From assembly GCA_965204755.1 (NCBI GenBank), contig OZ242011.1, positions 1,248,001-1,312,000 of the forward strand: a DNA stretch of 64,000 nt. Direction: 5' to 3'. Each line of letters begins with the position of its first letter. Position 1 is the first letter of the stretch. The DNA comes from Candidatus Marinacidobacterium sp. Its GTDB lineage: Bacteria > Acidobacteriota > Vicinamibacteria > Marinacidobacterales > Marinacidobacteraceae. Positions 37,299 through 47,005 of the stretch are shown here, piece by piece. The notes beneath the pieces are model-generated. The model worked only from the letters and a program-made list of their open reading frames with translations, searched no databases and was not told the origin of the DNA. Both the position numbers and the translations under genes were made by a program.

Positions 37299-37813
37299 GC
37301 GGGCAGACGATCCGGGCGCCGACGCTTCGGGTAGGCGGGAAGTTCCGCGCCCGGGTGTTCGGCGCCGGCAGCGAAGCCGCGCGGGCGAGCGTGCGGTCCG
37401 CCCTGATCCGGCAACTGGCCGGTTCCTCGAGCGGGGGCGAGCCGGTGACCGTCCGGTTCGAGCGGTTCGTCCTCGAACTGACCACCGCGGCGGGGAGTCG
37501 GAAGATCTCGCGGGAGGACCTGACGGTCCGGCTGGACCTGGGCGACGCCGGCGGCGTCGCCGGCGCCGCGCCGCAGCCCGTCGCGACCGAAGGCGGCAAC
37601 GGGAGCGCGGTCCCGCGGGCGGCGCCCGAGTCCTACCGAGGCGACGACTTCCTGCGGATCCTGGTGAAGATGATGGTGCTGGTGTGGGCGATGGGGGACG
37701 AGGAAGTCGAAGACGACGAGGGGAACCCGGACGCGGATTCCGGGGACGACGGAGCAGACGGGGACGCCGAACCGGAGGAAGGCGGCGGCGAAGGCATGTT
37801 CGGGCTGTTCTGA
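37295..37813 (+). CDS. Hypothetical protein with acidic C-terminal tail
   Basis: ATGA and TGATG overlaps with both ABC neighbours. Confidence 0.55.
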   Translation: MSGQTIRAPTLRVGGKFRARVFGAGSEAARASVRSALIRQLAGSSSGGEPVTVRFERFVLELTTAAGSRKISREDLTVRLDLGDAGGVAGAAPQPVATEGGNGSAVPRAAPESYRGDDFLRILVKMMVLVWAMGDEEVEDDEGNPDADSGDDGADGDAEPEEGGGEGMFGLF

Positions 37814-38586
37814 TGCGCGCCGCCCTCACCATCGCCCGGCGGGAGATCGGCAGCGCCCTCGCTTCGCCGGTCGCGTACGCGCTCTTCGGCGCGTTCGCCT
37901 TCCTCTACGGCTACTTCTTCTCGGACTACCTCGCCAGTTTCGTGGAAGCGGGAATGCGCATGACGCAGACCGGCGGTCTCGGGGGCGGCGTGTTGAATGT
38001 GAACGCCGACCTGATCCGCTGGCTCACGGCGAGCGCCGCCGTTCTGGTGCTGTTCCTGTTGCCGCTCCTCACCATGCGCACGATCGCCGAAGAGGTCCGC
38101 TCCGGAACGCTCGAACTCCTCCTGACGGCGCCGGTGACCGACGGCCAGATCGTCCTCGGCAAATTCTTCGCGGCGCTCTCGCTCTACGGGGTGATGCTCG
38201 TCCTGTCCGGCCCGCACCTCGGCGTGCTGTTCTTCTATTCCCGGCCGGACTTCCTGCCGGTGCTCTCCGGCTACCTCGGCCTCCTGCTGCTCGGCGCGGC
38301 GGTCGTCGCGCTCGGACTGTTCTTCTCCAGCCTGACCCGGAACCAAGTCGTCGCCGGACTGCTCACTTTCGGCGCCGTGCTCATGCTCTGGCTGCTGGAG
38401 TTCGCCGGACAGCGGGCCGGAGGCGCCGGGCGGTTCTTCGCCTACCTCTCGGTGACCGGCCACCTGGACGCCTTCGCCCGAGGCGTCGTCGCCACGCGCG
38501 ACCTGGTCTATTACCTCTCCTTCATCGCCTTCTTCCTGTTCCTCACCCGGGAGTCGCTGCGCTCCCGGCGCTGGCGGACTTCATGA
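37813..38586 (+). CDS. ABC transporter permease (GldF-like)
   Basis: IARRE....L.SP.AY, TMR.IAEE.RSGT.ELLLT.P, VLGKF. Confidence 0.9.
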   Translation: MRAALTIARREIGSALASPVAYALFGAFAFLYGYFFSDYLASFVEAGMRMTQTGGLGGGVLNVNADLIRWLTASAAVLVLFLLPLLTMRTIAEEVRSGTLELLLTAPVTDGQIVLGKFFAALSLYGVMLVLSGPHLGVLFFYSRPDFLPVLSGYLGLLLLGAAVVALGLFFSSLTRNQVVAGLLTFGAVLMLWLLEFAGQRAGGAGRFFAYLSVTGHLDAFARGVVATRDLVYYLSFIAFFLFLTRESLRSRRWRTS

Positions 38587-40199
38587 GCGCCCGGGAGGCC
38601 GGCCGGCTGCGGGCGGCTCGCCGCGCCCTCGCCCGCCGGAGCGCCCGGGAGGGCGCGAATGTCTCCGCGACAGCGCTCCTGCTCCTCGCGATGGCCGCCG
38701 GAGTCAACTACCTGGCCGACCGCCGGAATGTGTCCTGGGACTGGACGAGCGGCGGCCAGTTCAGTTTGGCGCCGCAGACGCTGCGCATCCTCGAGGAACT
38801 CGACCGGGAAGTGCGCCTGGTCGTCCTCGACGAGCCGCGCGCCGCCGCTCCGGTCATCGAACTGTTCGAGCGGTACGCCGACCGGAGCGATCGAATCACC
38901 TGGGAGGTCATCGACCAGGAAGCGGAGCCGGCCCGCGCCCGGGCCTACCGGGCGAGCGCCGAAGCCGGTATCCCGTTCGGCACGGTGGTCGTAACCGCCG
39001 GAGACCGGCGGGAGCGGGCCGCCGCGCCCCGGGAGCAGGACATCACCGGCGCGATCATCCGACTCCTGAGCGAGGACATCGACCGGATCTACTTCACGAC
39101 CGGACACCGCGAACGGTCGCTGGACGAGAGCGGCGCCGGCGGCCTCTCCGCGATCCGCTCCCGCCTCGTGGAGGCGAACTACGAGGTCTCCGAACTGGCG
39201 CTCCTCGAAACCGCGGCCGAGGGGCGGATCTCGATTCCCGGCGATGCGGCGGCGGTCGTCGTGGCCGGCCCCCGGCTGGACCTGTTTCCGGCGGAGGCCG
39301 AGGCGCTCGCCGCCCACTTGCGAGACGGCGGCAAAGTGATGCTCCTGGTGGATCCGCCGGAGCGGCTCGGGGCGGACGACGAGCGTTCCGAGTTGCGGGA
39401 CCTCGCCGGCGAGTTCGGGATCGTCGCCGCCGGCGATGTGGTGATCGACGCGAGCGGGGTCGGCCAACTGTTCGGGTTCGGGGTGGAGGCGCCCCTCGCC
39501 GCCTCGTACGGATTCCACCCGATCACGCGAGGCTTCGAGACCGCGGCCGCCGTGTTTCCGCTGGCGCAGAGCCTGATCGTCCCGGAACTCTCCGAACGAC
39601 CGGACGGGGTCACGCTCTCCGAACTGGTGATGACCTCCGAAGTGAGTTGGGGCGAGCGGGACGGGGAAGAGATCGCGAGCGGCGAAGTGGCGCCGGACGA
39701 CGAAGATCGCCGGGGGCCGTTGACCTTGGCTTGGGCGGCGCGGATCGCCCCCGAGGAGGACGGCGAACCGGACGGCGAACCGGACGGCGGCGGGGCGGAC
39801 GCGGCGCCGGACGACGCCGGCGGCGCCGCCTCTTCCGGGGAAGCCCCGGAGAACGCGCCGGAAGTTCCTCCCGGGCGGCGGGAGACGGCGGCGGACGAAG
39901 CGGAACCGGCGATGGACGAATCCGCCCCGAGCGACGGCCGGCTGGTCGTCGTCGGCGACACGGACTTCATCGCGAACAACCTGGCGCTCGCGCCGCTGGG
40001 GAACGCGGACCTGTTCCTGAACATGGTGAACTGGCTCACCGAGGACGAAGGGCTCATCGCCATCCGTCCGCGCGACCCGGAGGATCGGCGCATCACCATG
40101 ACCGCCGGACAGTTGCGGAATGTCGTGCTGGCGTCGCTGGTGTTCTGGCCGGGGTTCTTCCTCGTCTGGGGAATCGCCGTCTGGTGGTCGCGCCGCTGA
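38583..40199 (+). CDS. GldG-family ABC auxiliary protein
   Basis: D.T....FSL..QT, IYFTTGH.E, AGP..D, GRLVVVGD.DF, N.DLFLN.VNWL. Confidence 0.88.
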   Translation: MSAREAGRLRAARRALARRSAREGANVSATALLLLAMAAGVNYLADRRNVSWDWTSGGQFSLAPQTLRILEELDREVRLVVLDEPRAAAPVIELFERYADRSDRITWEVIDQEAEPARARAYRASAEAGIPFGTVVVTAGDRRERAAAPREQDITGAIIRLLSEDIDRIYFTTGHRERSLDESGAGGLSAIRSRLVEANYEVSELALLETAAEGRISIPGDAAAVVVAGPRLDLFPAEAEALAAHLRDGGKVMLLVDPPERLGADDERSELRDLAGEFGIVAAGDVVIDASGVGQLFGFGVEAPLAASYGFHPITRGFETAAAVFPLAQSLIVPELSERPDGVTLSELVMTSEVSWGERDGEEIASGEVAPDDEDRRGPLTLAWAARIAPEEDGEPDGEPDGGGADAAPDDAGGAASSGEAPENAPEVPPGRRETAADEAEPAMDESAPSDGRLVVVGDTDFIANNLALAPLGNADLFLNMVNWLTEDEGLIAIRPRDPEDRRITMTAGQLRNVVLASLVFWPGFFLVWGIAVWWSRR

Positions 40200-40298
40200 A
40201 CCGTCCGCCGGCCCCGAGGAAAACGCCGGCGACGCCGTGGAGGGCGCCGGGCCGCGGGAAGCCGGTACCCCGGAACCGAAGGTCCTGAAACGAACGCC

Positions 40299-41945
40299 AT
40301 GAACCGGACGACCGCAGCCGCCCTGCTCGCGGCGCTGTTGCTCGGCGGCTGGTTGTTCCTGTTCGAGCGCGGCGAACCCGGGGCCGGCGCGGACGGCGAG
40401 CCGGTTTTCGGAGTGTCGGCCGAGCAGGTCGCTTCGGTGTCCCTCCTTCGGCCGGAGACTCCCGCGGTCCATCTCGAACGCCGCCGCGGCGCGGCCGGCG
40501 GCGACGAGGAAGGAGGAACCTCCGCGGCATTCGCGATCCGCGAAGGCGGGGGCGCGCCGGAAGACGCGGACCCCACCGAAGTGGACCTCCTGCTGCAGAA
40601 CATCGAGTCGCTCCGGTTCGAGCGGCGGCTGTCCGGGGCCGCCGCCCTCGACCTCGACGCCTTCGGGCTCGCGGAACCGGATCTCACGGTGCGCGTGGAG
40701 CGGCGAAACGCCCGCGGCCCGAACGCGAACGCCGTCGAGGCGGGTTTCGGCGCCGAGACGCCGGCCCCCGGAAACCGCTACCTCAGGCTGGGCGACGGGG
40801 TGGTCATCGTCTCCGACTGGTCGAAGGAGAACTTCGACAAGAGCGCCTGGGACCTCACCGACAAACGGGTCTTCCGCTTCGACACCGCGGGAGTCCGGGC
40901 GGTTCGGATCAGCGCCGGCGGCCGCGAGGCCGCCATCGAGCGGAGGAACGGCGACTGGTGGATCGTCCGCCCCTACCGGTTCGCCGCCGACCCCTACGAC
41001 GCCTCCCAACTCGCGTCGAAGGTGCGCGAGGCGCGCATGATCGGGCGCGCGCGCCGGGACCGGGCCGCCGCCGAACCCGGCGCCGACGCCCCCGATCCCT
41101 TCGGTTTGGCGGCGCCGCGGCTGACCGCCCGTTTCGAGATCGCTCCGGACGAGGACGCCGGGGGCGAGGAACCGGCGGCGGCAGCCGAATCCGCGCGCGG
41201 GGAAACCGGCGGGATGCCGACGCCCCGAACCGGCGTTCTCCACTTCGGGAATCCGAGCGACGACCCCTCGGGAGTGTTCGCCCGCATCGAGACCGACGAC
41301 GGGCGATCCTCCGGGGAGGAGGACGCCGCGGTCTTCGTCGTCGCCGAATCCCTGTTCGACGAGTTGGCGGAGAGCGTGGGCGACGGGCTGACCGGAGTGC
41401 GCTCGGTGCAGCTGTTCCGCTTCTCCGCCTGGAAGGTCGTCGAACTGCGCCTCGCCGGCCCGGAGGGCGAGAGCGTCTTCCGGCGGGAAGAAGGCGAAGA
41501 CGGGGGACGGACCTGGACGCGCGAGCCGATCGGGCGCCGGACCGGCGGCGCGGAGACGACCCGCGCCGCATCCGACACCATGGACGACCTGCTCTACCGG
41601 CTGAACTCCACGAACGCCGCCGCGGTCACCGACTCCGAAGCGCTGCCGGCCGGGACGCCGGCCGGGACGCCGGCCTGGACGATCACGGTCCGGGAGGAAG
41701 AGACCCCGCTGCCCGGCCCGGAGACTCCGCCTCCGGCCCGCACGGAGACCGTCCGCATCGCCGGCGGCGGCGAGGAGGGGCCGCAGGCCCTCCGCGCCGG
41801 CGACGAACGGACCCTCCGGCTCCGCGAGGCGGATTGGGAGGAGATCACCGCGCTCCTCCGCTCACTCGATTCGCCGCTCGAAACGGAAGGCGCCCCGGAG
41901 GGGGAATCGGACCGCGATCCGGAACCCGGCGCTCCCGGGCCGTGA
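40299..41945 (+). CDS. DUF4340 domain-containing protein
   Basis: Follows GldG. Repeated FGL..P motifs, W....P....AD. Confidence 0.78.
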   Translation: MNRTTAAALLAALLLGGWLFLFERGEPGAGADGEPVFGVSAEQVASVSLLRPETPAVHLERRRGAAGGDEEGGTSAAFAIREGGGAPEDADPTEVDLLLQNIESLRFERRLSGAAALDLDAFGLAEPDLTVRVERRNARGPNANAVEAGFGAETPAPGNRYLRLGDGVVIVSDWSKENFDKSAWDLTDKRVFRFDTAGVRAVRISAGGREAAIERRNGDWWIVRPYRFAADPYDASQLASKVREARMIGRARRDRAAAEPGADAPDPFGLAAPRLTARFEIAPDEDAGGEEPAAAAESARGETGGMPTPRTGVLHFGNPSDDPSGVFARIETDDGRSSGEEDAAVFVVAESLFDELAESVGDGLTGVRSVQLFRFSAWKVVELRLAGPEGESVFRREEGEDGGRTWTREPIGRRTGGAETTRAASDTMDDLLYRLNSTNAAAVTDSEALPAGTPAGTPAWTITVREEETPLPGPETPPPARTETVRIAGGGEEGPQALRAGDERTLRLREADWEEITALLRSLDSPLETEGAPEGESDRDPEPGAPGP

Positions 41946-41955
41946 GACCCCTCGC

Positions 41956-42681
41956 GTGACCCCTCGGCCGGCGGCTTCGTGTCCGGCCCACGGCCGGCGC
42001 GCGACGGGCCGCTGGCGCTACGGCGGCCTCGCCGCCGGTCTCGGACTCGGGCTCGCCGCGATCTGGGCGTTTTCTTCGCCGGACTGGGGGGCCTTCGCCG
42101 CGCCGGGGCCGAGCAACACCGGGCACGGAAACCTCGCGTGCCGGGAGTGCCATACGCCGGCGCCCGGCAACGCGATTCGCCAGGCGAGTTCGCAGATCTA
42201 CTACCGGCTCGGCTTGCGCCGGACCGCGCTGGAGTTCGGGGCGCGGCGCGTCGGCGCCGCCGAGTGCCTGGCCTGTCACCAACGCGAGGACGACCACCAT
42301 CCGGTCTCGCGGTTCTTCGAGCCCCGTTTCTCCGAGGCCCGCCGGGCGCTCGCCGCCCACCGGTGCGCCGGCTGCCACGCGGAGCATCGGGGGGAGCGGG
42401 TGACCCTCTCGACGATCGGGTTCTGCGACACCTGCCACCGGAACCTCGAACTCGCTTCGGATCCGATCCGGCCGACGCACGCGGAAATGGTGGAGGCCGA
42501 CTCGTGGAACACCTGCCTCCGCTGCCACGACTTCCACGGCAGCCACCGATGGACCGTTCCCGACCGGCTGGCGGCCGCGCCCGACGAACGCGAGGTCCGG
42601 GCCTACTTCGCCGGAGCGCCCTCACCGTACGGCGAGGTGAGGGAGGACCGGCGCGCCCTCGAGACCCGCTTCTCGCCTTGA
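41956..42681 (+). CDS. Multiheme (five CxxCH) cytochrome c
   Basis: CRECH, CLACH, CAGCH, CDTCH, CLRCH and an N-terminal TM. Confidence 0.88.
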   Translation: MTPRPAASCPAHGRRATGRWRYGGLAAGLGLGLAAIWAFSSPDWGAFAAPGPSNTGHGNLACRECHTPAPGNAIRQASSQIYYRLGLRRTALEFGARRVGAAECLACHQREDDHHPVSRFFEPRFSEARRALAAHRCAGCHAEHRGERVTLSTIGFCDTCHRNLELASDPIRPTHAEMVEADSWNTCLRCHDFHGSHRWTVPDRLAAAPDEREVRAYFAGAPSPYGEVREDRRALETRFSP

Positions 42682-43493
42682 GACTCCGCCACTTGGGCGC
42701 GGCGCTCTTCGCCGCCCTCGTCGTGTTGATCGTGGTGAACGCGCCTCCCGAGGACGAACTCGCCGAACCGGGCGGCGGCGCGATCCCGATCTCCGAAGTA
42801 TTCACGCTGCTCGAAGCGGAGAACGACACGGTTCGGGCGCTGTGGACCGAGGAGATCGTGGGCGCCGGACAGGAACGCGGACTGCGATTCGACGCCGACT
42901 GGCGCGAACCGGAGGTCGAAGCGGGCCCGCTGCCGGCGCTGTTCCTGCGCGAGACCGCGGAGAGTTTGCGCCGAAACCCGGTTCCGCTCTACCTGTTTCT
43001 CGGCTCCGACTTCCCGATCAACGACGCGAATCGGTTCAGCGGAGCGCAGCAGCGCCACTTCGAGGAGATCCGCCGAACCGGCGAGCCGCAGTTCTTCCTC
43101 GACGAAGACCTCGGCCTGCACACCGCGATGTTCTCCGACCTCGCCGTGGCGGAGGCCTGCGTCACCTGCCACAACGGGGAACCGGAGAGCGCGCGCACCG
43201 ACTGGACGCCGGGCGAAGTCATGGGCGCGACCACCTGGTCGTATCCGAAGTCGGAGGTAACGACCGCCGAAGCGCTTACCCTCGTCGCGGCCCTCCGCGC
43301 GGCGTTCCGCGACGCTTACGCGGCGTACCTCTCGGCCGCCGAGAACTTCGGCGCGCCTCCCGCCGTCGGGAGCGAATGGCCGGCCGACGCCTTCGCCCTG
43401 CCGTCCGCCGAAGTGTTCCTCGCGGAAGCCGAGCGGCGGATGTCGGCGGGGACCCTGCGCCGCCTGCTCCGGTCGGGACCGTCCGGGGAATAG
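42678..43493 (+). CDS. DUF3365/Tll0287-like monoheme c-type sensor-domain protein
   Basis: TTGA overlap with the upstream gene. LPALFLRE, SDFPIN..N, D.AV..ACVTCHN, W..G.VMGA. Confidence 0.75.
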   Translation: MRLRHLGAALFAALVVLIVVNAPPEDELAEPGGGAIPISEVFTLLEAENDTVRALWTEEIVGAGQERGLRFDADWREPEVEAGPLPALFLRETAESLRRNPVPLYLFLGSDFPINDANRFSGAQQRHFEEIRRTGEPQFFLDEDLGLHTAMFSDLAVAEACVTCHNGEPESARTDWTPGEVMGATTWSYPKSEVTTAEALTLVAALRAAFRDAYAAYLSAAENFGAPPAVGSEWPADAFALPSAEVFLAEAERRMSAGTLRRLLRSGPSGE

Positions 43494-44012
43494 GTGGCCG
43501 CGACGAAGGCGACCCGCAACGCCTCCGGGCCGTTCTTCACCCGGCTCTCCACCGTCCGCTGGCGCGTCGCCGCGGTCGTTCTCGCCGCGGCGTACGCCGC
43601 ACAGGATCATTTCGGCTGGCGCTGGAACACCCTCGCCGCCTTCCAGGCGGAGGACGCCTACGCCTTCCTCAGCGGAGTCCTGCTCGCCGGCTATGCGGCC
43701 TGGGTCGCCTCCCACTTCGCCGGCCGGCCCCGAGGCGCCGCGCTGCGCCGCCGAACCATCCTCCACCAGAAGGCCGGCGCCGCCGCCCCGGTCCTCCTCT
43801 ACCTGCACAGCGGCGAAATCGGCTACGGCTTCACCGCCCTGCTGAGTTCGGTCTTCCTCGGCGCCGTGCTGGTCGGCGTAGCCAGCCCTTTCGGCCTCCG
43901 CCTGCGCAACCCTCCGTACCACGATATCTGGGTCGCCGCGCACATCTTCCTCACGGCCCTCCTCGCCGTCCTCATCCTCTTCCACGCGTATGTCGCCATC
44001 TACTACGAGTGA
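43494..44012 (+). CDS. Membrane protein with His residues in TM segments (cytochrome b-like)
   Basis: Four to five TMs. LHQ..G, LH, W..AHI, FH. Confidence 0.6.
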   Translation: MAATKATRNASGPFFTRLSTVRWRVAAVVLAAAYAAQDHFGWRWNTLAAFQAEDAYAFLSGVLLAGYAAWVASHFAGRPRGAALRRRTILHQKAGAAAPVLLYLHSGEIGYGFTALLSSVFLGAVLVGVASPFGLRLRNPPYHDIWVAAHIFLTALLAVLILFHAYVAIYYE

Positions 44013-44108
44013 CCGCGCGGCGGAGACCGGCCCGGTTCCGAGCGTCAGCCACCGGGAGGACGCGCCCCGTTCCCCCGTCGGGGACGACGAGCGCGCCGGG
44101 CGCGCGAA

Positions 44109-45278
44109 TCACAGCGAGCGCAGGAGTCCCGCCGTTTCGGCGACGCTTACGGCTTCCTGATTCTCGCCGAGCGGAAAGCGGTCTTCGCCGCCGTACACGA
44201 CGAAGGCGCGTTCCGCATCGAGGTCCCGGGAAGCCGCGGTGAAACTCCGGGTCCGGCGAGGCGCGGAAGTGCGCTTCACCTCGATCGCCCACGGACGCGT
44301 CTTCCCGGGAAGGTCGAGCACCAAGTCGCTCTCCGCTCCGTTCGCCGTCCGGTAGAAACTCGCGAGCGTTCCGTCCGGAGCGGCATCCAGCAGCGTTTCG
44401 ATCACGAAACCTTCCCAACTCGCACCGGCGACCGGGTGGCCGAGCAGGGCATTCAGGTCGGCGATACCGAGAAGTGAGTGGAGCAGGCCGCTGTCCCGCA
44501 CATAGACCCGGGGCGACTTCACCAACCGTTTGCCAACATTCGCATGCCGCGGCGGAATACGCCGGACGACCAGCAGGCCGGCGAGCAGGTCGATGTACGA
44601 AGTGACCGAGGGCGCGCTCCGGGCCAAACTTCCCGCGAGTTTGGCCGTGTTGAGGATTCCCCCTTGGCCGTGCGCCAACATGGTCCACAACCGCTCGAGT
44701 GTCACCGCGGGAATCCGCGGGCGGAACTGCGGCGCGTCACGCTCGAGATACGCGCGGACCAGGTTCCTCCGGTAGGCGAGACTCGCGTCGTCGGAGTCGG
44801 CGAGGAGACTCAGCGGCAAGCCGCCGCGCAGCCAGAGCCGACCCACGGCCTCGAAACCGGCCCCCGCCTCCAGCACGCTCAACGGATTCAAGTCGATGTA
44901 CTCGATGCGGCCGGCCAAACTCTCGGACTGTTTCAGGAAGGGAATCGCCGCCGAGCCCAAGATCAGGAAGCGGCCGAGGCCTCGGCCCCGGCGGCGGCCC
45001 TCATCGATGAGCCCGCGCAGTTCGGGGAAGATCTCCGGCATCCGGTGGATCTCGTCGAGCACCACCAGGCGGGTCTCGTTGGCCCTCACGAATCGAGGGA
45101 GGTCCGCGAGCCGGCTGCGGTCCTCGGACATCTCCAAGTCGAGCACGACTCCTCCGCGCCGCTCGGCGACCCGCCGCGCGAGCGTGGTCTTTCCCACTTG
45201 CCGGGCGCCGATCAGCCCGACCGCCGCTTGCCGGGAGAGAGCCGTCTCGATTCGAGATTCGGCGTGCCGTTCGATCAT
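44109..45278 (-). CDS. AAA_14 ATPase with DUF4143 domain
   Basis: GARQVGKT, VLDEIH, ILGS, SLAGR, KRLVKSP..Y.RDSGL, E.D...AIEVK. Confidence 0.92.
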   Translation of the reverse strand: MIERHAESRIETALSRQAAVGLIGARQVGKTTLARRVAERRGGVVLDLEMSEDRSRLADLPRFVRANETRLVVLDEIHRMPEIFPELRGLIDEGRRRGRGLGRFLILGSAAIPFLKQSESLAGRIEYIDLNPLSVLEAGAGFEAVGRLWLRGGLPLSLLADSDDASLAYRRNLVRAYLERDAPQFRPRIPAVTLERLWTMLAHGQGGILNTAKLAGSLARSAPSVTSYIDLLAGLLVVRRIPPRHANVGKRLVKSPRVYVRDSGLLHSLLGIADLNALLGHPVAGASWEGFVIETLLDAAPDGTLASFYRTANGAESDLVLDLPGKTRPWAIEVKRTSAPRRTRSFTAASRDLDAERAFVVYGGEDRFPLGENQEAVSVAETAGLLRSL

Positions 45279-45343
45279 TCAGGCATATTCTAGATTGACA
45301 TTTCGATTTACCTGTTTCCATGACCGAAGCCACGGTCGAGCGA

Positions 45344-47005
45344 TCACCGGATTCGGGCGAGGAGGCTCTCGAGCGCGTCGCTGTCCGGGGAGTGGGCGAG
45401 CGCCTCCCGGAGCGCGGCGACGGCCTCGGAGCGGCGGCCGACGCGAGCGAGCAGTTCGGCGAGCCCGGCGGCGGCGCCGGCGTGGCCGGGGGCGGCGCCG
45501 AGCGCCTCGCGGTAGCGCGCCTCCGCCTCCCGGTCCCGGGCGAGCATCTCCAGCGCGAGGGCGCCGTCCACCAGCGGCCCCGCCCGCGCCGGGCCGGAAA
45601 CCGAGTCCGCCAGGCGGTCGAAGAGGATGAGCGCCCGCTCCGGGTCGCCGGCGAGGGCGAAGGCGGTGGCCGCGCCGCTCAGGAGACCAAAGGAGATCGG
45701 CTCCGCCGCCGACCCGAGCACCCGGTCGAAGAGCGCGGAGGCGGCCCGGGGATCACCGCCCCGGAGGCGGGCCTCCGCGAGCCAGCGCGCCGCGCTCAGC
45801 GCCGGGCCGGAGAGCGCAGCCGGCGCCTCCGGGACGAGCGGCGCGAGAAGGTCTTCGGCGCGCCGGGACCCGTCGGGCGCGGTCAGCAAGAGCCACCTCG
45901 CCCGGGCGATGGGGAACGCCGGGTCGTCGGGGAAACGGAGGGAACCGGCCTCCAGGACCGACAGCGCCTCGGCCGCTTCTTCCGGAGCGCCGCCTCCCGG
46001 CGCCATCCCGTCGAGCAGCAGCCCGAGCAGTTGCGCCAGCGCATCCCGCAGTTCGAGGCCGGCGAGTTCCCCGCCGGTGACCATCGAGAGGAGCAACTGC
46101 TTTCGACGCTCCCGCAGCCGGTGTTCCTCGTGCCCGCGCAGCAGTCGCCGCCCTTCGGCGGCCCGGCGGGCTTCTTCGTCGTGCGCGAGCAGTTGGCCGA
46201 GCCGGAATCGCGCCGCGCGATCCCCGGGGGACTCCTCGACCGCCCGGCGCAGCCAGCGCTCCGCCTCGTCCTCCCGATCGAGCAGGGCGAAGCACCTCCC
46301 GAGTTCGAGGGCGGCCCCGGGGACCGGCGGTCGGGAGGACAGAACCCGCTGCAACGGGATGATCGCGCCGGCGCAGTCGTCCGCGGCGATGCGCAGCCGC
46401 GCCCGTTCCAGGGTGAGCGCCGGCGGTTCTCCGGCTTCCGGCGGGCCCAGCATCGCCTCCGCCGCCGCCGGGAGGCCGGCGCCCCGGAGCGCCTCGGCCA
46501 AGCCGGCTCTCCACCGCGGGGAGAGGGGCGACCCGGAGGCGGCGAGGGCCCGCGCGGCCTCCTCCGCCTCCCGATCCCGCCCGAGCAGGGCGAGAAGCCG
46601 CACCCGGAGGACGGAGGCGGCCGTGTCCGCCGGCGCGTGTTCCAGCGACTCGATCGCCGAGGCGTAGTCGAGCAGGCCGGTCAGGGCCTCCGCCCGCAGA
46701 CGGTGGAACTCCGGGGCCGCGTCCGGCGTCGCAAGCGCGTCCTCCACCGCGGCGAGCGCCGCCCCGAACTCCCCGGCGTCGAGCAGGCGGCGCGCTTCGA
46801 CCGCCGGGGCCGGCTGGGGGATGGGGGCGGCCGCGGGCGCGGGAGTCGCGGCGAGGGCCGCGAGAGTGAAGACAGCGCGGTATTGCGGCCGGCGCCGAGC
46901 GCCGAGGATCGCCGGGCCCCGACGACGCTCGCCGGCGCGTTCCGCGATCGGGTCCGGACCGGACGCCGACCGCGCCGGAGCGCGCGGGCCGCCGGAACGA
47001 CTCAG
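45344..47005 (-). CDS. Tetratricopeptide repeat protein (secreted)
   Basis: Multiple Ala/Leu TPR-like repeats (EAEARYREAL..AP.H..A..GLA.LL...GR..EA) after a signal-like segment. Start uncertain. Confidence 0.7.
   Translation of the reverse strand: MSRSGGPRAPARSASGPDPIAERAGERRRGPAILGARRRPQYRAVFTLAALAATPAPAAAPIPQPAPAVEARRLLDAGEFGAALAAVEDALATPDAAPEFHRLRAEALTGLLDYASAIESLEHAPADTAASVLRVRLLALLGRDREAEEAARALAASGSPLSPRWRAGLAEALRGAGLPAAAEAMLGPPEAGEPPALTLERARLRIAADDCAGAIIPLQRVLSSRPPVPGAALELGRCFALLDREDEAERWLRRAVEESPGDRAARFRLGQLLAHDEEARRAAEGRRLLRGHEEHRLRERRKQLLLSMVTGGELAGLELRDALAQLLGLLLDGMAPGGGAPEEAAEALSVLEAGSLRFPDDPAFPIARARWLLLTAPDGSRRAEDLLAPLVPEAPAALSGPALSAARWLAEARLRGGDPRAASALFDRVLGSAAEPISFGLLSGAATAFALAGDPERALILFDRLADSVSGPARAGPLVDGALALEMLARDREAEARYREALGAAPGHAGAAAGLAELLARVGRRSEAVAALREALAHSPDSDALESLLARIR

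Noticed and set aside
41647-41675. Short tandem repeat (ccggccgggacg) within the DUF4340 gene
   Set aside because: It is an in-frame PAGT linker duplication with no sign of wider significance.
36258-41945. Gliding motility function for the Gld-like genes
   Set aside because: GldA/F/G-like ABC systems are widespread in non-gliding bacteria, and no other gliding or T9SS genes are in the window.
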